A program made the position numbers and the translations under genes. Shown here piece by piece: positions 39,767 through 48,179 of a stretch of DNA of 57,032 bases. Source of the stretch: an uncultured Saprospiraceae bacterium (GTDB lineage Bacteria; Bacteroidota; Bacteroidia; Chitinophagales; Saprospiraceae); NCBI GenBank assembly GCA_938010715.1, contig CALLVG010000232.1:1-57032 (forward strand). The letters are read 5' to 3'. Numbering within the stretch: position 1 is the stretch's first letter; every line of letters begins with the position of its first letter. The notes below the pieces were generated by a model that worked only from the letters and a program-made list of their open reading frames with translations, was not told where the DNA came from and made no database searches.

Positions 39767-41393
39767 AATTCAACTCAGTTAGATTGACCTTATAAGTTTT
39801 GAAATTATAATCTGATGGTTCAAAACTCATCAAACTCGCATTCTCAGCTCTTAGATAATATTCCAATGGAACTGCACTTGTTTTTGGTTTTAACTCGCCA
39901 CCAAAAATATTGTCACCTGCTCTTCCATCATTACTTTTTCCATTATCGAGCAGGGTAATTTGCTTGAAATTTCTTTCTCCTTCATACCGATAAAAAACGT
40001 CCACCTTTTTAGTGTATTTACTTACTTCAACTTGAAATTGATAAGATTTAATTTTTTTGTTGGAAAGTCGCTCACGTTTCATTACTTCCTGAGCAATAAA
40101 TTTTGGAGGGAATACTGCCAATGATTTCTCTTTTTTCAAATAGCGCCCACGCTCATACATCAACTCTTCAATACCCGGAATTTTACTCTTTTTACCGACC
40201 GTTTGTTTAATATTACCTTTGAATTGGTCCCAGTTGTAAAATTTATTCGGGTCATTAGAAACATCCATTTGAATTAATCGCTGCAGTGCTTCTGCTCTTT
40301 CCAAATATTTTCCACTTACAATCCAATCTTGCGTAATAGACCGTATGTGTGAAAGATAAACTTTTTTTCTCGATTCATCCGAAAGCAATTTTGAAATCAA
40401 TGGCTTTGATAAATTTTCACTATGAAGAAGCGGTGACATCCTGTGCATTTCTTGCAAATTCAAATCTGAGCCAGTTCCAGTATTTTTGAGGCTGCCGAAA
40501 GAGAGGTTCAAGTCCCAAAGTATTGGATTGAATCTCCCATCAGCACTTTGGTACAAAAAGTAATTTTCACTGATTTTACCAGAGTAACTTCCAAGATTTA
40601 CCAAAACATTATTGAATGCTAACATCCAAAGTGTCAAATCTACGTTTAGTTTTTTGTCAATATTTTCAACATCGTTATTCAAAAGTTGTGTCAATTTCAT
40701 TAATTCATCCCAACCAAATTCAGAACGCATTTTATAATTATCCATGTAACATCGGACGTTTTTTTCCTCATACAAACTTCCGTAAACCTCATTGTTGCAA
40801 ATGGCAGGAGGATCTGGATATAAGTTAGGTTCGGCTTTAAAAAAAGAGCCATCCGAGTCACCAAAATTTTGTTCTAAGAACTTTTTATCAATATTTTCGA
40901 CATTTACCAAAAGTCCATAGTAGTCATCATTGATTGAAACTTTCGCATAATTTGCTTGTGGTGCAGGAAAATAACTTCTTGCAATTTCAAAACCTAAAAC
41001 CTCACGAATCATACTTGGATCTCTGCGAGCACTGGACAAATGTATCGTTTGATATCCCTCATGATTTTGAACTCGATCGATCAAGTTCAATTTTATGAGC
41101 AAATCATTTCTTTTCTTTTCTGGCTGAAAAGCACGGTCATCAACAATCTGCACGCCTACATTTTGATATTTCTTTCCATTAATCTTTGCATTTCCTATCA
41201 AAAATCGATTTCCGTTTTTGCGGAGAGTATCCAAAAGGTATTGCCAATTTTCCTCTATAAAAGAGAGTTTTATTTCTTGGATTTTATCAACCTCATAAAA
41301 ATTTGACTCTTGAATCGCCATTTCTTGGCCGTATATCAAATTTGCAAAAGAAAAGCAGAAAAACAGCAATCCGGTAAATAGTGACTTTTTCAT
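39765..41393 (-). CDS. Secreted CotH kinase-family protein (paralogue 2)
   Basis: Signal peptide; blocks collinear with paralogue 1 (HLSSARRDPSMIREVLGFEI, NYFLYQS..., LWDLNLSFG). Confidence 0.75.
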   Translation of the reverse strand: MKKSLFTGLLFFCFSFANLIYGQEMAIQESNFYEVDKIQEIKLSFIEENWQYLLDTLRKNGNRFLIGNAKINGKKYQNVGVQIVDDRAFQPEKKRNDLLIKLNLIDRVQNHEGYQTIHLSSARRDPSMIREVLGFEIARSYFPAPQANYAKVSINDDYYGLLVNVENIDKKFLEQNFGDSDGSFFKAEPNLYPDPPAICNNEVYGSLYEEKNVRCYMDNYKMRSEFGWDELMKLTQLLNNDVENIDKKLNVDLTLWMLAFNNVLVNLGSYSGKISENYFLYQSADGRFNPILWDLNLSFGSLKNTGTGSDLNLQEMHRMSPLLHSENLSKPLISKLLSDESRKKVYLSHIRSITQDWIVSGKYLERAEALQRLIQMDVSNDPNKFYNWDQFKGNIKQTVGKKSKIPGIEELMYERGRYLKKEKSLAVFPPKFIAQEVMKRERLSNKKIKSYQFQVEVSKYTKKVDVFYRYEGERNFKQITLLDNGKSNDGRAGDNIFGGELKPKTSAVPLEYYLRAENASLMSFEPSDYNFKTYKVNLTELN

Positions 41394-41668
41394 TTCAAAG
41401 ATTATGTCATTTTATACTTAAAATTCCTCAGAGGATTTAACTCACAATGATAAGAATATTTTGTAGCTAAACTCGCTAAAATTATTCAACTTTTTGTCAC
41501 AGATACCAAAAAGGAGACTACGAGCAGGTACATATTAAAAAATGAGTCGATTTCTATCGGTTTGATATGTCACATTTCTTGATTTTTCAAGACAAGAATA
41601 GCCATTAAATAGGTTTAAATTGCAATATAATTCCCCTGTTTTTATCTGTACTTTATTTCAATCCAAAG

Positions 41669-42727
41669 ATGAGCGTAACAAATAATAAACAAGAGGGAAA
41701 TGGCTACAATTTTAGCGCTCCATTTCTGAATGCTCTTTTAGCTTCTCAAAATATTTATCTTTTGACCTTTGGTGTAAACGGTCAAATATTAGAATATTCA
41801 GAAGGTTTAAAATCACTTTTTGAAGTTGAAAAGAAGTTTTACATCGGTAAAAACATAGATTCCCTTCCGCTTTCAAAATCTGAAAAACCATTGGTTCTTT
41901 TAAATTTCAAAAAAGGCTTTTCCACTTCTCAAAAAATACATGATGTAAAACTTGTTACTGGTCAAGGTCGTGTTTTAACGATAGACCTAAGTATCGAGCT
42001 ATCTTTTAGTAGCGAAAAACTCATTGGAGGGGTTATCCATTTTGAGTCTGTAAAACAAAATTTCCAATCACCCAATGCCTTCACAAATTTGCTGAGTAAA
42101 TCAAAGTTCTTCCTGAAAGAACCGTTGAGGATATCAAAAATTTTTGCTGAAAAGTTGGGGGAAAGAATAACAGATCAAGAGCCAACAAAAAAAGAATATC
42201 TAAACTTCATTATTGATAATATTTCTTCGCTGGATTATTTAGTAAATGATTTAATAATTTTAGAAAATCTAAATACTTATCACCCTGATTTACAGCACAA
42301 TAACTTTGAAGAATTGATAATTATTGGGGCTCAAGAATGTAAAGCAAGTCAGGTAAAAATCCTAAAAAATATAATGTCAAAACAGGTATATTGTGACAGA
42401 AGTTTGATAAAATTGTTAGTCGTAAAGATGGTCAATTTTTCTAAATTTTATTCAAAAACAACTTCAAGTTACTTAAAGATCAAAGATGAAAATTTAGACC
42501 AGTGTTCAAAGATTATTTTTAAAATGGGCGCTATGTCCTTTCTTGATCATCCATCATTTTCACCAAAACAATCTTTAAAAAGAATATCAAACATACAGAC
42601 CTCGAATACTTCTGGGTATGAGTTGGTGATAATTGATCAAATCGTAGAAATGCACAATGGGTTTTTGAAAATCTTTCTAAATGACCAAAATGAAACTGAA
42701 ATCGAAATAAGTATCCCTAAGCCATAG
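41669..42727 (+). CDS. PAS domain / histidine-kinase-like protein with degenerate catalytic motifs
   Basis: N-terminal PAS-like fold. The DHp-like segment reads SKFFLKEPLRIS where SHELRTPL is expected (no His). An N-box-like MVNFSKFYS is present, but the G1/G2 boxes are degenerate. Confidence 0.5.
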   Translation: MSVTNNKQEGNGYNFSAPFLNALLASQNIYLLTFGVNGQILEYSEGLKSLFEVEKKFYIGKNIDSLPLSKSEKPLVLLNFKKGFSTSQKIHDVKLVTGQGRVLTIDLSIELSFSSEKLIGGVIHFESVKQNFQSPNAFTNLLSKSKFFLKEPLRISKIFAEKLGERITDQEPTKKEYLNFIIDNISSLDYLVNDLIILENLNTYHPDLQHNNFEELIIIGAQECKASQVKILKNIMSKQVYCDRSLIKLLVVKMVNFSKFYSKTTSSYLKIKDENLDQCSKIIFKMGAMSFLDHPSFSPKQSLKRISNIQTSNTSGYELVIIDQIVEMHNGFLKIFLNDQNETEIEISIPKP

Positions 42728-42795
42728 ATTATCTTCAAATCTATCTTATCTGTTATCCTTTTTTAGTATTATTGTCCATAACAAAAAAGGATAAA

Positions 42796-43863
42796 ATGTT
42801 TCAATCAAAAATAGCTGGAATAGGTCATTATGTTCCAGAAACTGTCGTTACCAATGATGAACTGTCTAATTTCATGGATACCTCTGACGAGTGGATTCAG
42901 GAAAGAACAGGCATAAAAGAAAGGCGCTTTGGAAGTAGATTTAAAGAAACCACCACCACAATGGGAGCAGCAGCAGCAAAAATCGCCATTAAAAAAGCTG
43001 GAATCACCGCTCAAGAAGTTGATTTTATCATTTTCGCTACGCTAAGTGGTGATTATTATTTTCCCGGTTGTGGAGTTCTTGTTCAAAGAGAATTAGGCAT
43101 CACAGAGCAGGAAGTTGGAGCGTTAGATATTAGAAATCAATGCTCTGGATTTTTGTATGGAATCTCTGTTGCCGATCAATTCATAAAGACTGGAATGTAT
43201 AAAAACATTTTACTCATCGGAGCAGAAATGCATTCAATGGGTTTGGATTTGACTACAAGGGGGAGAGATGTTTCTGTGATTTTTGGGGACGGAGCTGGGG
43301 CAGTTATTTTACAACCAACCCAAGAAGAAGGCAAAGGAATTTTGACCACAAAACTTCATTCTAATGGCATGTATGCCGAAAAATTGGCGCTATTAAATCC
43401 AGGAAGCCACGGAGGCTATCATCTAAACAAAATGGGTATTGAGCAAGATCTTGGCTACTCTGATGCAAAATATGGAGATGTCTTTGTTTCTCAAAAGATG
43501 TTAGACGATGGCCATCTTTATCCTAATATGGAAGGAAAATTTGTTTTTAAAATGGCGGTTAAAAAATTTCCTGAGGTCATAATGGAAGCGCTTGCCACTG
43601 CAAAATTGACACCCGCTGATATAGATGTCTTGGTTCCTCACCAAGCAAATTTGAGAATTAGTCAATTTATCCAAAAAATCTTGAAACTAAGGGATGATCA
43701 GGTTGTGAATAATATTCAAAAGTATGGCAACACAACAGCAGCTTCGGTTCCAATTGCACTTTCAGAAGCAGTAGAATCTGGACAAGTTAAATCTGGAGAC
43801 TTGGTTTGTTTGGCAGCATTTGGAAGTGGATTCACGTGGGGTTCTGCTTTGATCCGTTGGTGA
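42796..43863 (+). CDS. fabH: 3-oxoacyl-ACP synthase III
   Basis: GIGHYVPE..., active-site NQCSGFLYG, HQANLRI and GNTTAASVP...FGSGFTWGS. ATG 42796 preferred to TTG 42772. Confidence 0.9.
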   Translation: MFQSKIAGIGHYVPETVVTNDELSNFMDTSDEWIQERTGIKERRFGSRFKETTTTMGAAAAKIAIKKAGITAQEVDFIIFATLSGDYYFPGCGVLVQRELGITEQEVGALDIRNQCSGFLYGISVADQFIKTGMYKNILLIGAEMHSMGLDLTTRGRDVSVIFGDGAGAVILQPTQEEGKGILTTKLHSNGMYAEKLALLNPGSHGGYHLNKMGIEQDLGYSDAKYGDVFVSQKMLDDGHLYPNMEGKFVFKMAVKKFPEVIMEALATAKLTPADIDVLVPHQANLRISQFIQKILKLRDDQVVNNIQKYGNTTAASVPIALSEAVESGQVKSGDLVCLAAFGSGFTWGSALIRW

Positions 43864-43960
43864 TTTCATAGTTAGATTTTATTAAAAAGTTGATTAAATC
43901 TTTTTTCCATTACGTCTGTTTTGTTTGAGTTAAAAATCAAAATTTATTAGAACCACCCGT

Positions 43961-45598
43961 ATGAGAAATGAATCTATTTTGAAAAACCAAACTGCAGCGT
44001 ATGCAGTAACCAAACTTGATTACCAAGCGATACCTCAACTATCTGATAAGGATAAAAAATATATCCGAGAGGACGAAAGCCTTCGTCCTTTCTATAAATA
44101 CTCCCCTACTTTAGATTCTTTTGGAAAGGTCTTTTCGGATAAGAAATTTTCACAAGAAAAAAGAAAAACCTTGGTTTCTGTTTTAAAAAAGCAGTACAAA
44201 AAAATTGGAGTTGAAAAATCAGCAACTCTTTGGGATTCACTTGATGCTTTAGAAAAGGAAAATACTTTTACTGTAATTACCGCACACCAGCCAAGTTTAT
44301 TTACAGGTCCATTGTATTATGTGATTAAAATATTTTCAACTATCAATTTGGCAAATCAACTCAATGAAAAATATCCTAACAAAAAGGTAATTCCCGTTTT
44401 TATTACAGGAGGAGAAGATCATGATTTTGAAGAGGTAAACCACCTAAATATTTTTGGTAAAACCATTAATTGGGAGAATTCCGAAAAAGGATCTGTTGGG
44501 ATGATGAGTACAAAAACACTTGCGGAACCATTGGCTCAACTCTTCGATGTTTTGGGAGACTCTGAAAATGCTGAAACCCTTAAAAGGGTGATTGGTAGTG
44601 CTCATAAAAAGTTTGAAAAGTATTCTGAAGCAGTAATCTCAATGGTTCATGAGTTTTTTGGAAAATATGGGTTGGTTGTACTTGACATGAATAATCCAGA
44701 ATTAAAAAGACAATTTTCACCTATCCTAAAAGATGAATTGGAATATCAGCCAAGTGGAAAAATTGTCAGGAAAACAATCGAAGAATTAGAAGCAGTTGAT
44801 TACCCAAATCAAGCATTTCCTCGCGACATCAATCTTTTCTATCTGAAAGGTCAAATGCGAAACCGCATTGAAATTGAAAACAATGTTTACAAAATAGTGG
44901 ACACTGATTTACAATTTACCAAACAGGAAATGCTGGAAGAATTGGAAAATCACCCAGAAAGATTCAGTCCAAACGTTATCATGCGACCAATATATCAGGA
45001 GTTTTCTTTACCAAATCTTGCATATATCGGAGGCGGTGGAGAAATTGCCTACTGGCTCGAAAGACAAAGCCAATTCAAGCATTACAATTTAAACTTCCCG
45101 ATGCTGATTAGAAGAAATTCAATGTTGTGGATTGATGGAGGCACAAATAAAAAATTAGCAAAATTTGAATTTTCAATACCTCAAATTTTTGAATCAACTG
45201 ATGTTCTTCTAAAAAAATTAGTGATAGAAATTTCTGATCAAACCTTAAATCTAAACGAAGAGATTGCTAAAATTGAGAACATTTTCAGTGGTATTTCATC
45301 CAAAGTCACTTCAATAGATAAAGGATTAAAAAAATATGTTTTGGCAGAAAAGACGAAGCAAATCAAGGTTTTGAAAAACATTGAATCAAAAATCATTCGA
45401 GCTGAAAAGCAAAATAATGAATCCTCTGTCAATCAAGTTCGTAAATTACGTGAAAAGCTATTCCCTAAAGATGGTCTTCAAGAAAGACATGATAATTTCA
45501 TCCCATTCTATTTAAAATATGGAGATTCATTCTTTGAAACTTTAAAGAATGAATTAGATCCTATGGATAGGCGATTTACAGTCATTACTGGTTCTTAG
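43961..45598 (+). CDS. bshC: Bacillithiol biosynthesis cysteine-adding enzyme BshC
   Basis: Blocks recalled from B. subtilis BshC: ...HQPSLFTGPLYYVIK..., GGEDHDFEE and HPERFSPNVIMRPIYQEFSLPNLAYIGGGGEIAYW. Confidence 0.85.
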   Translation: MRNESILKNQTAAYAVTKLDYQAIPQLSDKDKKYIREDESLRPFYKYSPTLDSFGKVFSDKKFSQEKRKTLVSVLKKQYKKIGVEKSATLWDSLDALEKENTFTVITAHQPSLFTGPLYYVIKIFSTINLANQLNEKYPNKKVIPVFITGGEDHDFEEVNHLNIFGKTINWENSEKGSVGMMSTKTLAEPLAQLFDVLGDSENAETLKRVIGSAHKKFEKYSEAVISMVHEFFGKYGLVVLDMNNPELKRQFSPILKDELEYQPSGKIVRKTIEELEAVDYPNQAFPRDINLFYLKGQMRNRIEIENNVYKIVDTDLQFTKQEMLEELENHPERFSPNVIMRPIYQEFSLPNLAYIGGGGEIAYWLERQSQFKHYNLNFPMLIRRNSMLWIDGGTNKKLAKFEFSIPQIFESTDVLLKKLVIEISDQTLNLNEEIAKIENIFSGISSKVTSIDKGLKKYVLAEKTKQIKVLKNIESKIIRAEKQNNESSVNQVRKLREKLFPKDGLQERHDNFIPFYLKYGDSFFETLKNELDPMDRRFTVITGS

Positions 45599-45630
45599 TG
45601 AAATTTCAAAAATATCTTCTTGCTGAAATT

Positions 45631-45643
45631 AGAATAAAGTCTA
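45631..45643. repeat. Solo terminus AGAATAAAGTC+TA of the GACTTTATTCT-type element
   Basis: Same terminus as 47187..47199. Confidence 0.5.
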
Positions 45644-45967
45644 ATAAGCGATGGGTGAATAATAAGTTGTTGTTTCCGGGTAGATTTTTTTTCTTTATAA
45701 AGGCACAAAAATGGAGTTTTACAAGCACGTAAAGTTGAAAAACATAACATTTCGATTTAGAGCGGCTCTTTTTTCTACCATATACTTCCCCGATTAAAAT
45801 TGGGACACGCGTTAAAAAGCATTGAATGCGCTGGCATCAAGCAAACCCAGAATGCTTAGGCATTGTCTGTTTTTTTTCCTCGTCTGATAGAAAAACAACT
45901 CCCTTAAATTTCGAAACTTTATTTTTTCATCTTTACAAAAGTGACTTATTTTTCTATTAAGAAGCCT

Positions 45968-46846
45968 TTACTCCTCCATCCCAGCAGCAACAGGCGCTTT
46001 ATCAAAAAAGGAAAGTAAATCGGCTAATCGAGTTTTTAAATCTTTTCTCTGGACGATAAAATCCAAAAAGCCATGCTCCATCAAAAACTCTGAGGTTTGA
46101 AATCCTTCTGGCAAATCTCTTTTTATCGTTTCTTTAATTACTCTGGGGCCAGCAAAAGCAATTAGAGCGCCAGGTTCTGAGAAATTAATATCGCCTAACA
46201 TAGCAAATGAAGCAGTAACTCCTCCAGTAGTTGGATCTGTTAAAAAAGAAAAATAAGGCACTCCTGCTGCTGAAAGTCTTGATAATTTCGCAGAAGTTTT
46301 AGCCATCTGCATTAGTGAAAATGCAGACTCCATCATCCTTGCTCCCCCCGTTTTGGAGATAATCATCAATGGTACCTTTTCAACCAAAGCTTTATCAATT
46401 GCACTTGCTATACGCTCTCCCATTACAGACCCCATCGAGCCGCCAATAAAACTAAAATCCATCGCCGCCACTATCATTGGCAACCTATTCACTTTACCTT
46501 TTGCAACTGAAATAGCTTCGGTAAGATTTGTTTTAGCTTTTGCTGACTCCAATCTCTTTTTATATGGCTTCAAATCAGACCACTCCATGTGATCCATTGC
46601 CTGAATTTCTTCAAAAAATAGTTCGTATTTACCATCAAAAATAATCTCGAAATATTGTCTTGAACCAATGCGTGTGTGATGTTCGCAACTTGGACAAACA
46701 TAAAAATTTTCTTTATGATCCTTTTGAGTACTTGTTTCAGAACACTTTGGACATTGAAACCACAATCCTTCTGGCGTTTCTCTTTTGAATTTTGTAGCTG
46801 TCTGAATACCATCCTTGAAACGCTTAAACCATCCCTTTTCTTCCAT
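45968..46846 (-). CDS. accD: Acetyl-CoA carboxylase carboxyltransferase subunit beta
   Basis: Zn-ribbon CPKC...CPSC and the carboxyltransferase core (FIGGSMGSV...). Confidence 0.95.
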   Translation of the reverse strand: MEEKGWFKRFKDGIQTATKFKRETPEGLWFQCPKCSETSTQKDHKENFYVCPSCEHHTRIGSRQYFEIIFDGKYELFFEEIQAMDHMEWSDLKPYKKRLESAKAKTNLTEAISVAKGKVNRLPMIVAAMDFSFIGGSMGSVMGERIASAIDKALVEKVPLMIISKTGGARMMESAFSLMQMAKTSAKLSRLSAAGVPYFSFLTDPTTGGVTASFAMLGDINFSEPGALIAFAGPRVIKETIKRDLPEGFQTSEFLMEHGFLDFIVQRKDLKTRLADLLSFFDKAPVAAGMEE

Positions 46847-46973
46847 TTTATTTTTTGTATATTTCTAAATAATAAAGCATTGCCAGATTCAACTGACAAT
46901 GCTAAATTAAAATTTTTTCTTATTTAAAAGGATTATATTGAAAGAAAAAAGAATTAGGTAAATCGATAAGTGC

Positions 46974-47249
46974 TACTCAAAAAAATAACTTTCCGCTGTA
47001 ATTCAAAAATCAACTCGAAAAACCTCATTATCAATAGACTTTATTCTAAAATATTTCGTGTGCAAACAAATACTTCTTTTTCCGCTACTTTTCGTTAAAA
47101 AATAGAACCGTCCGCCGCGGCGGATGCTTAGATTTTTTGCCTCAATTAGCAAAAAAATAAGCATTCGTTGCGCTACAAACTATTTCAGAATAAAGTCTAA
47201 TGATTTTTCCTTCACTAATTTTCTTTTGAAATCTGGAAGTTATTTTTTG
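46974..47249. mobile_element. R1 TIR element, copy c, split by insertion of another element
   Basis: 46974-47034 matches the left arm and centre of R1. 47200-47249 matches the right arm (...CTGGAAGTTATTTTTTG). The two halves are separated by the element at 47037..47197. Confidence 0.75.
47037..47197. mobile_element. 161-bp foldback MITE-like element, GACTTTATTCT-type termini, nested inside R1 copy c
   Basis: GACTTTATTCTAAAATA...TATTTCAGAATAAAGTC with TA on both flanks. The centre is the perfect palindrome TCCGCCGCGGCGGA (47111-47124). Confidence 0.8.
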
Positions 47250-47280
47250 TTCAAGCAATAAGCATGCGCTTAAACAACCG

Positions 47281-47347
47281 ATTTTCTGCCTCGAATTAGC
47301 GAAAAATCTACGCTGCCAAAAATGACGCTTATTTAAACCGCGCTACT
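47281..47347. repeat. Right-arm-only copy of the AGTAG-type element
   Basis: ATTTTCTGCCTCGAATTAGCGAAAAATC...TTTAAACCGCGCTACT followed by TA. It aligns with 21192..21258. Confidence 0.7.
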
Positions 47348-47435
47348 TAAGAAAGTCTGAAGTGAAAATTTCTTTTACTTTATCAGTCAATAAATTTTTC
47401 ACGTCAACCTGACCACAGAACCTGTTGAAGAACGG

Positions 47436-47999
47436 TTATTTTTTTATCAAATTTACTTTTCCTTCATCTCCATAAGCCTCTTTTGATTTCTTGTTATAAG
47501 CCAAAGCTGCTTCCTCGGGAGTGTCGAACATTCCTAAATGTACTGCTTTAGAATTGACTGAGATAACTGCTCTGTATCGTTTTCCTTCACGATAAACCCC
47601 AGTATAACCAGTTTTACTACTGGTCTTACGTTTTCTACTTGCAGTAGCTCTTGAGCGATAAGCAAGATTTTCTAATCGACAATCTAGTTTGTTGCCATTA
47701 TGGGCGCCAACAAGTCTATTAGATTTAGTTTTGGTGGTTTTAAGAAACTTTTCAGCTATGTGCTTATGCAAATAGATTGTTTCTGTTTTGTATGCATTTT
47801 TGGAAGTTTTCCAAGTTTTTTGAAAAAATGCACAACCACTTGAGTGTTTCCTCAGATTATTAATAAAATCTATCTTAACAAGATAAGGATCTGAAGTAAG
47901 CCACTCATAAACATCAGCGTCTAAGACGACATGTTCATCAGCATTCTTTAATTTAACTTTGTAAAGCACTTTATTATTTTTTAGTTCAAAAATCAACAT
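47436..47999 (-). CDS. HNH-endonuclease-like protein with C-terminal AP2 DNA-binding domain
   Basis: HNH_3-like LHKHIAEKF...VGAHNGNKLDCRLENL, then an AP2-type YTGVYREGKRYRAVISVNSKAVHLGMFDTPEEAALAYN. Confidence 0.7.
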   Translation of the reverse strand: MLIFELKNNKVLYKVKLKNADEHVVLDADVYEWLTSDPYLVKIDFINNLRKHSSGCAFFQKTWKTSKNAYKTETIYLHKHIAEKFLKTTKTKSNRLVGAHNGNKLDCRLENLAYRSRATASRKRKTSSKTGYTGVYREGKRYRAVISVNSKAVHLGMFDTPEEAALAYNKKSKEAYGDEGKVNLIKK

Positions 48000-48179
48000 T
48001 TAACCAATCAATGAATGACTTGTTGGTAAAATATTATTAAATTTGATTATTTGCTGAAGATTTTTTTGTAGTAAAGCATTAAAAGGCAAATAAAAAAATT
48101 GAAAGTTATTGCTATGTTGCAAAGTTAGCAATTCATCTAAAAAACACAAATTTAACAAAAAAATTCTAATCTTCGCTCA

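Noticed and set aside
45644-45967. About 320 nt of non-coding DNA between bshC and accD as a possible ncRNA gene (tmRNA, SRP, RNase P, 6S)
   Set aside because: I could not find any hallmark motifs of these RNAs, only weak local hairpins and a 28-codon ORF with no support. Left unannotated.
46570-46927. ORFs 46570..46899(-) and 46676..46927(+) at the accD 5' end
   Set aside because: Out of frame or antisense to accD, whose Zn-ribbon N-terminus is well supported.
48000-48179. Possible FMN riboswitch upstream of ribD
   Set aside because: The 180-nt region is very AT-rich, and I see no GC-paired multi-stem junction like the one that characterises the FMN aptamer.
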